Assembly: GCA_948444845.1 (NCBI GenBank)
Contig: CAOJVB010000003.1
Location: 12,723-76,722, forward strand
DNA: 64,000 bases
Direction of reading: 5' to 3'
DNA from: an uncultured Clostridiaceae bacterium
Lineage (GTDB): Bacteria > Bacillota > Clostridia > TANB77 > CAG-508
In this document: piece after piece, positions 8,235-17,778 of the stretch
Numbering within the stretch: the first letter of the stretch is position 1
How the letters are laid out: every line of letters starts with the position of its first letter
Made by a program: the position numbers and the translations under genes
The notes under the pieces: generated by a model
Told to the model about the DNA's origin: nothing
The model's database searches: none
Seen by the model: only the letters and a program-made list of their open reading frames with translations

Positions 8235-9422
8235 ATGAAAATAATTGGAATAGATGATGGAGAAAATATAAAAAAAATAAATAAAAAGAAAATAATGATA
8301 GTTTCTATAATAACTACAGTTTTACTGGTGCTACTAATTATATTTATTATATATTGCGTTAACAAGCAATTTAGAGATATTATGGATAAATATGTTTTAA
8401 TGAAAAATGTAATAGAAGATAGTACAAATTCCATTCCTTTAGATGAAAATGAAAATAATAACATATATGCAAATGATAAATACATATCAATACTAAATAA
8501 CAATACTTTAAAAAACTATAATTCACTTGGAAAGATAGATGGGGAACTTACAGTAGAAATATCTACTCCAATAACAAGTTCAAATGGAAGGTTTTTATTA
8601 ATTGCTGAAAAAGGCCAAAACAAAATATACTTAATTTCTGGAAATGAAATTATTTGGAAAAACGAGTTAGAGGGAAATATAGATAAAATAAAAGTAAACA
8701 AAAATGGATATGTAGCAGTAATTTTATCAGGAACAACGCATAAGTCTGTAATAGAAACATTTGATAGTTCAGGAAAGGAACTATTTAAAACATATTTAGC
8801 AAATACAATAGCTATGGACGTTGACATATCATTAGACAACCAATACATGGCATTTTCTGAAATTAATACAGGAGGAACACAAGTACAATCTATCGTAAAA
8901 ATAATATCTATTCAAAAGGCAAAATCAGCTGAAGAAGGTTCAATTGTATACACATATCAGGAACCTAATGGAAATTTAATAACAAATATAAAATACCAAG
9001 AACAAAACAGACTAATATGTATGTATAATGATGGAATATATGCTATTAAAAATGAAACTAATGAAAAAATAGCAAACTTTGTAGAAGACAATGCACGTAT
9101 AAGTTTTGCAGATATAGAATTAAATAACCACGTATTTAGAGTAATAGAAAAGACATCATTATTAAGTACACAAACCAATATAGAAATAATAAACACTAAT
9201 ACCAAAAAAACAAATATATATAGTTTTGATGGAGCATTAAAAGAAATATGTAGTTATAATGATAAAATATCAGTAAATATGGGATCAGAAGTACACTTTA
9301 TAAGTACAAATGGCTGGTTAATAAAAAAATATATTTCAAAACAAGAGATTAGAAAAGTTGTAATTAATAATAACTTTGCAGGAATAGTATATAGGGGAAA
9401 AATAGAAATAGTAGATATATAG
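8235..9422 (+). CDS. membrane-anchored hypothetical protein with repeated beta-strand units (resembles DUF5711 proteins found next to cvpA)
   Basis: SD TAGGAG, an N-terminal TM (IMIVSIITTVLLVLLIIFIIY), then repeated G-x-I/V..V..NGY blocks. Adjacent to cvpA. Confidence 0.55.
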   Translation: MKIIGIDDGENIKKINKKKIMIVSIITTVLLVLLIIFIIYCVNKQFRDIMDKYVLMKNVIEDSTNSIPLDENENNNIYANDKYISILNNNTLKNYNSLGKIDGELTVEISTPITSSNGRFLLIAEKGQNKIYLISGNEIIWKNELEGNIDKIKVNKNGYVAVILSGTTHKSVIETFDSSGKELFKTYLANTIAMDVDISLDNQYMAFSEINTGGTQVQSIVKIISIQKAKSAEEGSIVYTYQEPNGNLITNIKYQEQNRLICMYNDGIYAIKNETNEKIANFVEDNARISFADIELNNHVFRVIEKTSLLSTQTNIEIINTNTKKTNIYSFDGALKEICSYNDKISVNMGSEVHFISTNGWLIKKYISKQEIRKVVINNNFAGIVYRGKIEIVDI

Positions 9423-9433
9423 GAGGTTTTAAT

Positions 9434-10090
9434 ATGTCATTAATAATAGATTTAATAATTTTAGGTTTAATACTACTTTGTGTATTCTTTGGGTATAAAA
9501 AAGGTTTAACAAAATGTGTAATAAAAATTTTATCATTTGTAATAGCAATAGTAATAGCAGTAGTATTATTTAAGCCAATAAGTAACTTTGTAATAAATAA
9601 TACTCAGGTAGATGATAATATAAAAAATTCAATAATAGAAATAGTATCAGATGATGTTACTGAAACTGGAAAAGTAAAGGAAGATAGCAATTTACCAAAA
9701 TCTATAGTAAATCATATAAATGAATCTATAGAGACTTCTGTAAATGAAGCAAAACAAACAGTAGTAAACCAAGTTGCAGAACAAATATCAAAAACAGCTG
9801 TAAATGTAGGAGTAGCAATTGGTTTATTTATAATAGTAAGAATTGCATTAATATTTGTAAGTGCATTATCTTCATTAATAACAGACCTACCAATAATAAA
9901 GCAATTTGATAAGGCTGGAGGAATTATATATGGGTTAGTGGAAGCATTAATAATAATATTTATAATATTTGCAATAATCTCATTTGTAAGTCCAATGATA
10001 GAAGGTTCAGGGTTAATTGCAGCAATTAACAAATCAATAGTAGGGAGTGTTTTCTATAACAATAATATATTAATAAATATAATTTTTTAA
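9434..10090 (+). CDS. CvpA family membrane protein
   Basis: MSLIIDLIILGLILLCVFFGYKKGLTKCVIKILSFVIAIVIAVVLFKP is a typical CvpA N-terminus. Four TM segments. SD TAGGAGG upstream. Confidence 0.75.
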   Translation: MSLIIDLIILGLILLCVFFGYKKGLTKCVIKILSFVIAIVIAVVLFKPISNFVINNTQVDDNIKNSIIEIVSDDVTETGKVKEDSNLPKSIVNHINESIETSVNEAKQTVVNQVAEQISKTAVNVGVAIGLFIIVRIALIFVSALSSLITDLPIIKQFDKAGGIIYGLVEALIIIFIIFAIISFVSPMIEGSGLIAAINKSIVGSVFYNNNILINIIF

Positions 10091-10541
10091 CATAGTAGGT
10101 TCCTATTTTATGCCAAAATAGCATTAAGAGAGGAACCTATAATTTCACTCAAAAGTACGAACGAATTTTCATAAAAGCATTGTGAATTTTTACAATTATA
10201 ATATAATTATACTATTAAGAAATACCAACTACAAAAAGTCAAGCAAAATTTGGAAAAAATTAAAAAAATTTTAAAAAGAAAAAGAAACATCATAAATCAG
10301 TAATTTTTAATAATAAAAACTACTGGTAATATATGTAAACGAGAATCTGTTGGTTAGTTATAAATGAACTTAATTTTAATTGAAAAGTAAAACTTTCTTT
10401 AGAGAAAGTATCACCACAGGAATTTTTAGCAAAATTAATAAGTTTTTCAGCAGTGCTTATGACATCAAAGAATAGACTAGGAATACTATAGGACATAGAA
10501 AAGTTTACAAAATATGTAAATAAAAATTTTGAATAAAATTA

Positions 10542-10570
10542 TTGAAAAAAAATGTTATATTTGTTATAAT
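10542..10570 (+). promoter_or_regulatory. sigma-A-like promoter for the LCP gene
   Basis: TTGAAA (10542-10547), a 17-nt spacer, then TATAAT (10565-10570). Confidence 0.55.
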
Positions 10571-10604
10571 TTTATCAATAAATAATTATTGGGAGTGAAT
10601 TTAG

Positions 10605-11945
10605 TTGAAAAAAGATGTGAAATCAAATGATAAAAAGAAAAGAAGCAAAGTAAGAGTATTTTTTAGAATATTATTATTAATTATATTAGCACTTATAATA
10701 GGTTATGGAATTTGGTTTGCAATAAATTATAGTAAACATGTATCAAAAGGAGAGGAAAACCATTATGATCCACTTTCAGCAACAGCATTAGGTATAGACC
10801 CAGAAAAATTAAAGGAAGTTGGGAGAATTAATGTTTTAATATTAGGGGAAAGTGGTTATGAAGATGATTATAAATTAACAGACAGTATAATGGTAGCATC
10901 ATATAACCCACAAACACAGCAAGCCTCTATGTTATCAATCCCTAGAGATACCTATGTTGGAAGAAAAGATAAAAACTCAGCGACACCAAACTATTTAGCA
11001 AGCTATAAAATGAATTCAGTATATAGAAATGGTACAAACATACCAGAAACAATTACTAGAGTAGAAGAATTAGTAGGAATAAAAATACACAATTATGTAT
11101 TAGTAGATACAGATGCTATAATACAAATAGTAGATGCTATAGGAGGAGTTACCTTCAATGTACCAATAGATATGAACTATGATGACACAAATCAAAACTT
11201 ACATATTCATTTAAAAGCAGGTGAGCAACTAATAGATGGAGCGAAAGCTGAACAATTATTGCGTTTTAGGCATAACCAAGACTGGACAAGTTATCCAGAA
11301 GAATATGGAGACAACGACTTAGGAAGAATGAGAACACAAAGAGAATTTATACAAGCAACATTAAAGCAATTAATACGTTTTGAAAATGTAACTAAAGTAC
11401 TAAATTTATTAGATATAGTATTTAATAATGTAAAAACAGATTTAACTTTGGAAACAATAAAATATTATATACCATATGCATTCAAGTTTAATATGGAAAA
11501 CATAAAATCCGGAATGGTACCAGGAGAAAGCGAAAAATGTAATGGAATATGGATATATGTTGCAAATAAAAAACAAACAAAGCAAATGGCAGATGACTTA
11601 TTTACAGACATACTACCACAAGAGCCAGTAACAAATACAATAGAAGGCACAAACAGCAATGAAGAAGATAAAAAACAAGAAAAAATAAAAATAGAATTAT
11701 TAAATGGAACAGGACAAAGTGAAAAACTAGAAGAAGTAAAACAAAAACTTATTAGAGAAGGTTATGATGTAACAAAAGCTGGTAATACAAACAATACATC
11801 AAATAGTGTAATAATAAATAGAACAATGAAATCCAAAAATATAGAAGAAGACTTAAAAGAAATACTAAATATAGACAAAATAAATAATAACTCAAACAAT
11901 TCAAATGTAGACTTTACAATAATAATTGGAAAAGATTATGAATAA
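10605..11945 (+). CDS. LCP (LytR-CpsA-Psr) family cell-wall polymer transferase with LytR_C domain
   Basis: TTG start after GGGAGTGA. N-terminal TM. LCP core INVLILGESG..LTDSIMVASYNP..SMLSIPRDTYV. C-terminal IKIELLNGTGQSEKLEEVKQKLIREGYDV matches LytR_C. Confidence 0.85.
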   Translation: MKKDVKSNDKKKRSKVRVFFRILLLIILALIIGYGIWFAINYSKHVSKGEENHYDPLSATALGIDPEKLKEVGRINVLILGESGYEDDYKLTDSIMVASYNPQTQQASMLSIPRDTYVGRKDKNSATPNYLASYKMNSVYRNGTNIPETITRVEELVGIKIHNYVLVDTDAIIQIVDAIGGVTFNVPIDMNYDDTNQNLHIHLKAGEQLIDGAKAEQLLRFRHNQDWTSYPEEYGDNDLGRMRTQREFIQATLKQLIRFENVTKVLNLLDIVFNNVKTDLTLETIKYYIPYAFKFNMENIKSGMVPGESEKCNGIWIYVANKKQTKQMADDLFTDILPQEPVTNTIEGTNSNEEDKKQEKIKIELLNGTGQSEKLEEVKQKLIREGYDVTKAGNTNNTSNSVIINRTMKSKNIEEDLKEILNIDKINNNSNNSNVDFTIIIGKDYE

Positions 11946-12000
11946 AAAAATAGGGGCACTTTTATTAAAGTTGCCCTCTTTTTTAGTGAATGAAAAAATC

Positions 12001-12066
12001 AATTCTAAATTGTAGGAGCGGCTATCTGCCGTCAGCGTAGCGAAGCCACTTTTATCTAATATAGAA
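12001..12066 (+). repeat. T-element, one unit
   Basis: TCTAAATTGTAGGAGCGGCTATCTGCCGTCAGCGTAGCGAAGCCACTTTTATCTAATATAG. Confidence 0.8.
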
Positions 12067-12072
12067 TAAAAA

Positions 12073-13375
12073 TCACCTATACAAATAACCATTTCTCCTA
12101 TTATACTTTCTCTTTTTCCTCTTTCTCTTTTTACTATTATTATTTAAATTTAATAACCTATATAATAAAAATAGTACTAAAATAACAGAACAAACAGTTA
12201 AAAAAGTATTAAATCCATTTGACTCTATAACATCAGAACCAGCTAAAAGCTTAGAAGAATATTCATTTCCATCAATATTATAAGTTATTTTTCCTATAAC
12301 AGTATTTTGGGAAATAGGAGCTGTTAAATCTGAGTTTATTTCAACTGTAGGAGTTATAGTCATAGTATCAAAATCCTTTTTTATAAGTACAGCTATTTCA
12401 TCTTCAACAACAACATTCAAATTTTTTGTGCTACTGCTTGCTTTGGCTACTTTAGTAGTTCTTAAAACAGAATTTGCTTCATTCAAAGTTTTAACTGTAT
12501 AATTTTCAAAAGCATAGTTAAATAAAGAAATACAATCCAAATTTCTTGCAGAAAGTCCATTTTCAGTAGTTCCAGCACCTAAAATGGTAACAATATATTC
12601 AATGCCATCCTTCATAGCGGTAGCAACAATACAACTTTTAGCAGGGTTTGTATAACCAGTTTTGGCTCCAGTAGTATATTCATAATAGTAATTATCAACT
12701 CTATCTGATGTATCCTTTTTTAATAAAGTATTAGTAGTTCCAAATACTCTATCGTTTTTGTCATACTTATTAGTAGCAGGAAGAGTATAAACGGCCGTAC
12801 CAACAATTTTTCTAAAAGTTTCATTTTGCATAGCGTAACGCCCCATTAAGCTTAAATCATATGCAGTAGAATAATGGTTGCTATTATGAACACCATTAGC
12901 ATTAACAAAATTAGTATTCAAACAACCAATTTCTTTAGCCTTTGTATTCATCATAGTAGCAAAGCTTTCCACAGAACCAGCAATATGTTCAGCTATAATA
13001 GTTCCTGCTTCATTTGCAGAAGGAATTAAAAGAACATGTAATAATTGATTTATAGTAAGTTCTTCGCCAACTTGAATATTAGCATTACTATAACCGAACT
13101 GGTACTGAGAAAACAGCCTCATAACTAGCAGTAGCGACATCTGTTAATTCACAATGTTCTAAGGCAAGAATAGCAGTCATAATTTTAGTAGTACTTGCAG
13201 GAAACATTTTTTCATGCGCATTTTTTTCATAAATTATTTTACCAGTTTTAGCCTCCATTAAAAGGCAAGATGGTGAATAAGTAGTTATATCATTTGTAGC
13301 ACTAAATGTACTTGTAGTGTATAAGCCAAAAAAGGTAATTAAAAGTACAAGTGCTAGTTTTTTTAAATATTTCAT
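12073..13375 (-). pseudogene. D-alanyl-D-alanine carboxypeptidase (S11, PBP5/DacB-like) split by a 1-nt frameshift near 13095-13100
   Basis: ORF 13088..13375 carries the signal peptide and the SxxK motif (ASTTKIMTAILALE) and ends ..EAVFSVPVRL*. ORF 12073..13140 continues in another frame with GYSNANIQVGEELT..SANEAG..KTGYT and a C-terminal anchor. The junction is not in a homopolymer. Confidence 0.8.
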
Positions 13376-13517
13376 ATCATTCTCCTTTAAGTAACAATAA
13401 CGCTTATATAATATATTAAAAAGGGAGAAAATTCAATACTAAAAGGAGGTTTTTTATATTAAAAGTTATAAACAAATTATAATAATATGTGGATTAATAG
13501 GGGGAATTATTATTGGA

Positions 13518-14066
13518 GTGTGTAGTTATTTTTATTTAAAGAATAAAGAAGATTATACTTATTTAGAAGTTTCAAATGAAGAGATAAATTTTACAAATGT
13601 TATAGAAGAAGAAAAAACACAAATTGTAGTACACATTACAGGACAAGTTATAAATCAAGGAATTGTAAAGTTAGAAGAAGGGGCAAGAGTAATTGATGCA
13701 ATAGAAGCAGCAGGAGGCGCAACTAAAGAGGCAAACTTAAGTAAAATTAACTTAGCATATTTATTAGAAGATGGAATGAAATTATATGTTCCAAGTGTAA
13801 AAGATAAAGAAGAGGAAGAACAAATTTTAAGCAGTATTACAAACACAAAAGGTGAAAATACTAAACAAGCATTAAAAGTTAATATAAATACAGCAACAAG
13901 TGAAGAACTACAAAAGCTTCCAGGAATAGGAGAAGCAATGGCTAGTAGAATAATTACATATAGAAAAGAAAAGGGTAAGTTTAGCAAATTAGAGGATTTG
14001 AAGAGTGTTAGTGGAATAGGAGAAGCTAAATTTAATAATATTAAAAATTATATATATATAAAATAA
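13518..14066 (+). CDS. comEA: competence protein ComEA (SLBB + helix-hairpin-helix DNA-binding domains)
   Basis: SLBB-like VHITGQVINQGIVKLEEGARVIDAIEAAGG and HhH ININTATSEELQKLPGIGEAMASRIITYRKEKGKFSKLEDLKSVSGIGEAKF. The frame is open upstream to AAAAGGAGG (13441-13449) and encodes a TM segment there, so the true start is probably non-canonical near 13458. Confidence 0.8.
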   Translation: MCSYFYLKNKEDYTYLEVSNEEINFTNVIEEEKTQIVVHITGQVINQGIVKLEEGARVIDAIEAAGGATKEANLSKINLAYLLEDGMKLYVPSVKDKEEEEQILSSITNTKGENTKQALKVNINTATSEELQKLPGIGEAMASRIITYRKEKGKFSKLEDLKSVSGIGEAKFNNIKNYIYIK

Positions 14067-14178
14067 TATTTTAAGATTTATTTCACATAATATGAAAAAT
14101 AAATAAAAAGATGATATACTTAGAAAGTTAATAAATATAGGTTTCTTAAAAACGAGTGTTTTAAAGGAGGAAAAGCAT

Positions 14179-14550
14179 ATGAAAATTTTAGTAATTGGTG
14201 GAAGTTATTTTTTAGGAAGAGCATTTACACTTATTGCAAGTAAAGAGCATGAACTAACTCTTATAAACAGAGGAACATATTCAATGGCACGGTATGGAAT
14301 AAAAGAGTATAAGGCAGATAGGAGAGATGAAAAAGCTCTACAAAGTATTCCACCTGACAATTATGATGCTATGGAAGTCTTAAGCCAAGTTTCAGAAGTG
14401 CCTATAAAACTTGCACCAATAAGTACAAAAGAAGCACTAAAAGAATATGCAGAAGAAACAATATATTTGCCATTTCCAGTAACTAAAGAGGAAGACGAAA
14501 GGTATGAAGGAAGCAAAGCTGAAAGAGAACTTAATATACAAGTTTACTAG
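14179..14550 (+). pseudogene. remnant of an NAD-dependent epimerase/dehydratase (internal deletion)
   Basis: Rossmann N-terminus MKILVIGGSYFLGRAF..LINRG runs up to ..YDA, then jumps straight to a C-terminal-like tail. It is 123 aa, whereas I expect roughly 300 aa for this family. Confidence 0.5.
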
Positions 14551-14590
14551 AAGGTATGACAAAAACGTATAGATGTTATAGATAAGAAGG

Positions 14591-14632
14591 AAAAAACAAG
14601 CGATTAAATTAAATTTAAAAGCTTGTTTTTTA
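14591..14632 (+). terminator. intrinsic terminator after the epimerase remnant
   Basis: ACAAGC - 19-nt loop - GCTTGT - TTTTT, flanked by an A-run. Confidence 0.5.
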
Positions 14633-14720
14633 TTATAGAGAAACTAATAGATAAGGAGCAATAAAATAAATAATAGTTAATATTAATTATACAAAAGGAT
14701 TACTTTAGCAAATTCCAGAA

Positions 14721-14775
14721 ATTACAAAGGCAGCTAGTAGCTAGTCAGAGTAGCGAAACCACTTTTTTGTGAGAA
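14721..14775 (+). repeat. T-element, partial unit
   Basis: ATTACAAAGGCAGCTAGTAGCTAGTCAGAGTAGCGAAACCACTTTTTTGTGAG. Confidence 0.65.
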
Positions 14776-14956
14776 TTATAATTTTCAATAAATATTAAAT
14801 GAAACAATATTTAATTTTTACCTCTGAGTAGTTACAATTTAAAAAATTTTTTATAAATGTTCGCTAGACAACAAGTAAAAAATAGTATAGACTATGAATT
14901 ATAGAAAATGAGAATAAATAGATGTGGTTTGCCTCCAACAAAAGGAGGTGAGGCGT

Positions 14957-15076
14957 ATGATAGAAACACAATTACTAAATATTATATACATATTATTTTA
15001 TGGATTACTAGGAGTAACTATCGTTGCCTTTGCCTTAATTATAGCATTAGTTATAATTTTAAGCAAAAGCAAATAA
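14957..15076 (+). CDS. 39-aa hydrophobic peptide (type I toxin-like)
   Basis: MIETQLLNIIYILFYGLLGVTIVAFALIIALVIILSKSK. ATG lies 8 nt after GGAGG within AAAGGAGGTGAGG. One TM helix plus a KSK tail. Too short for the ORF track. See finding. Confidence 0.45.
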   Translation: MIETQLLNIIYILFYGLLGVTIVAFALIIALVIILSKSK

Positions 15077-15078
15077 CC

Positions 15079-15167
15079 AATAAAAAGACACATCTGTAAC
15101 CTCACCAAAGTACGATGTGTCAAAACATTTTATAGAGGTCAACCACGTTTGTGGTTTCTCATTTTCT
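15079..15167 (-). ncRNA. candidate convergent antisense sRNA (antitoxin-like), about 90 nt
   Basis: Start predicted about 7 nt downstream of the minus-strand TTGACA-17-TATAAT promoter (15202-15174). The end is predicted at the GACACATC..GATGTGTC hairpin, which on the minus strand is followed by TTTTTATT (15086-15079). Confidence 0.3.
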
Positions 15168-15173
15168 ATATTT

Positions 15174-15202
15174 ATTATAAAAAAAAAACAGCAAAATGTC
15201 AA
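15174..15202 (-). promoter_or_regulatory. consensus sigma-A-type promoter on the minus strand
   Basis: Reverse complement reads TTGACA (15202-15197), an exactly 17-nt spacer, then TATAAT (15179-15174). It points toward the small peptide ORF. Confidence 0.5.
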
Positions 15203-15222
15203 TAGAAAAGAGGAAATAAAAA

Positions 15223-17559
15223 GTGCAAGAATTAATAGAAGGATTAAATGATAAACAAAAAGAAGCAGTATTACAAACAGAGGGACCATGTTTAGTAATA
15301 GCAGGTGCAGGAAGTGGTAAAACAAAAGTATTAACACACAAAATAGCATATTTAATGAGTGAAAAGAATGTACTACCTTGGAATATATTAGCAATAACAT
15401 TTACAAATAAAGCGGCAAGTGAAATGAAAGAGAGAATAGAAAAGCTAGTAGGTGATAATGCAAAAGATTTATGGATGGGAACATTCCACTCTATATGTGT
15501 ACGTATTTTAAGAAAATTTATAGATAGAATAGGTTTTGACTCCTCATTTATAATATTTGATACATCTGACCAAAAAACATTAGTAAAGGAATGTTTAAAA
15601 GCTTTAAATATAGACGATAAAATGTTTTCAGATAGAAGTGTATTATCTGAAATTAGTAATGCAAAAAATGAAATGTTAGAACCAAAAGCTTATAAAATAA
15701 AATATGATGGAGACTTTAGAAAAGCTAAAATTGGTGAAATATATGAATTATACCAAAAAAGACTAAAAGAAAATAATGCAATAGATTTTGATGACATTAT
15801 AAACTATACTATAAAAATACTAACAGAAAATGCAGATGTATTTGAATACTATACAGACAAATTCAAATATGTATTAGTAGATGAATACCAAGATACAAAC
15901 AAAGCACAATTTACACTAGTATCAATATTAGCATCAAGATATGGAAATATAACAGTAGTAGGAGATAACGATCAAGGAATATATTCTTTTCGTGGCGCAG
16001 ATATTTCAAACATACTAAACTTTGAAAAAGATTTTCCAGGAACTACAATTATTAAATTAGAGCAGAATTATAGATGTACTGGAAATATTTTAAAAGCAGC
16101 AAATGCAGTAATTAAAAATAATGAGAATAAATATGATAAAAAACTATGGACAGAAAACGGAGAAGGCAACTTGCCAACTATTTATCAAGGTGATGATGAA
16201 TATGATGAAGCAAGGTATATAGTAGAACAAATAAACCATTTAAAAACAGAAGAATATTACAAATATTCAAACTTTTCAGTTTTATATAGAATGAATTCTC
16301 AATCAAGAGCTATAGAAGATATTTTAAACAGAGAGGGAATTCCTTACAAAGTAATAGGAGGCCTTAAATTCTATGAAAGAAAAGAAATAAAAGATGCACT
16401 TTGCTATTTAAGGCTAATTGCAAACACAGCAGATAATCTATCATTAAAAAGAATTATAAATGAGCCAAAACGTGGAATAGGAAAAACAAGTTTAGACAAA
16501 ATTAGTGAAATATCAGATAGAACAGGAACTTCTATGTATGAAATAATAAAAGAAGCTGATAAATACGAATTAAATAGAGTATTTGCAAACTCAAGAGAAT
16601 TTATAAACTTGATAGAAGAACTAAGAGCAAAAAAAGAAGAACTTTCAGTATCAGAATTATTAAGTGAAACTATGAAAAAGTCTGGTTACACAAAAGCATT
16701 AGAACTTGAAAATACTATAGAAGCACAAACGAGAATACAAAACTTAGAAGAACTTATGACTGTAGCAATAGAATTTGAAGAGCAAGAAGCAGAAAATACA
16801 TTAAATAATTTCTTAGAAGGAATAACATTATCATCTGATATTGATAACCTAGAAGAAACAGAAGAAATGGTTACACTTATGACACTTCATAGTGCAAAAG
16901 GTTTAGAATTCGAGACTGTATTCTTAGTAGGAATGGAAGAAGGAATATTCCCAGGATATAAAGTACTAGGAGAACCAAAAGAATTAGAAGAAGAAAGACG
17001 TCTATTTTATGTTGGAATAACAAGAGCAAAAGAACACTTATATTTAACATGTGCAAAACATAGAACAATATTTGGTTCAACAAGTTATAACTCAGTGTCA
17101 AGATTTATACAAGAAATTCCAGAAGAGCTATTAGAAGGATATGATAAAATGAAAGGCTCAAAAGAAGATGAATTTAAAGACTCAAGCTATGGATGGAGCT
17201 ATGGAAATAATTTTGCAGGAAAAGTTAAAACATATAAATTTGATGAAATGGCAGGAAGTCAAAAGCAGGTGGCGGGAAGTATAGCAGTGTTATCCACAAA
17301 CAATACAAAAAATGTGGATAGCAACAATTCATTTGCTTTTAGAACGCCAGAAAGTTTCTTAAATAATTTAAACAAACCAAAAACTCAAATAGATGTATCA
17401 AATTATAAAGCTGGGCAAAGAGTATACCATAAAAAATTTGGAGAAGGAACAATCAACTATGTAGAACGTGAAGGAGAAGACTTAAAAGTAGATATAAACT
17501 TTGATAAAGTAGGGCATAAGAGATTAATGGCGAAATTTGCAGGTTTAGAAATACTATAA
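15223..17559 (+). CDS. pcrA: ATP-dependent DNA helicase PcrA (UvrD/Rep family)
   Basis: GTG start. LNDKQKEAV..GPCLVIAGAGSGKTKVLTHKIAYL, TFTNKAASEM, VLVDEYQDTN, VGDNDQGIYSFRGA, LEQNYRC and TLHSAKGLEFETVFLVG are the helicase motifs. Length 778 aa. Confidence 0.92.
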   Translation: MQELIEGLNDKQKEAVLQTEGPCLVIAGAGSGKTKVLTHKIAYLMSEKNVLPWNILAITFTNKAASEMKERIEKLVGDNAKDLWMGTFHSICVRILRKFIDRIGFDSSFIIFDTSDQKTLVKECLKALNIDDKMFSDRSVLSEISNAKNEMLEPKAYKIKYDGDFRKAKIGEIYELYQKRLKENNAIDFDDIINYTIKILTENADVFEYYTDKFKYVLVDEYQDTNKAQFTLVSILASRYGNITVVGDNDQGIYSFRGADISNILNFEKDFPGTTIIKLEQNYRCTGNILKAANAVIKNNENKYDKKLWTENGEGNLPTIYQGDDEYDEARYIVEQINHLKTEEYYKYSNFSVLYRMNSQSRAIEDILNREGIPYKVIGGLKFYERKEIKDALCYLRLIANTADNLSLKRIINEPKRGIGKTSLDKISEISDRTGTSMYEIIKEADKYELNRVFANSREFINLIEELRAKKEELSVSELLSETMKKSGYTKALELENTIEAQTRIQNLEELMTVAIEFEEQEAENTLNNFLEGITLSSDIDNLEETEEMVTLMTLHSAKGLEFETVFLVGMEEGIFPGYKVLGEPKELEEERRLFYVGITRAKEHLYLTCAKHRTIFGSTSYNSVSRFIQEIPEELLEGYDKMKGSKEDEFKDSSYGWSYGNNFAGKVKTYKFDEMAGSQKQVAGSIAVLSTNNTKNVDSNNSFAFRTPESFLNNLNKPKTQIDVSNYKAGQRVYHKKFGEGTINYVEREGEDLKVDINFDKVGHKRLMAKFAGLEIL

Positions 17560-17778
17560 AAATTTATATAAATGCTTAATGTAGAAAACTGTATATAAAA
17601 TATATTACAATTATATTACGATTATATTAAAATTGAATTAAAGTTGATTTGAAATATAGACAATTAAAAAACAATAGTATAAAATTAATAACATAAAATA
17701 TGAAAAATAGTAAAAAATATATAAGTATAAGTTTAATATAAAAAATAGTAAATAAGATATTTAAAAGAGAGGTTTGAT

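Noticed and set aside
10091-10604. The 514-nt spacer between cvpA and the LCP gene as a hiding place for an sRNA or small ORF.
   Set aside because: I found only very short ORFs (under 12 codons) without SDs, a nested hairpin right after cvpA (10096-10139) and the LCP promoter. There are no conserved repeat words or convincing promoter-terminator pairs. This is not excluded, but nothing supports it from sequence alone.
14908-15099. ORF-track ORF 14908..15099 (63 aa, MRINRCGLPPTKGGEAYDRN..).
   Set aside because: It has no SD, and its frame reads across the strong SD and start of the 39-aa hydrophobic peptide (14957-15076), which is the better-supported reading. The translation has no membrane or domain features.
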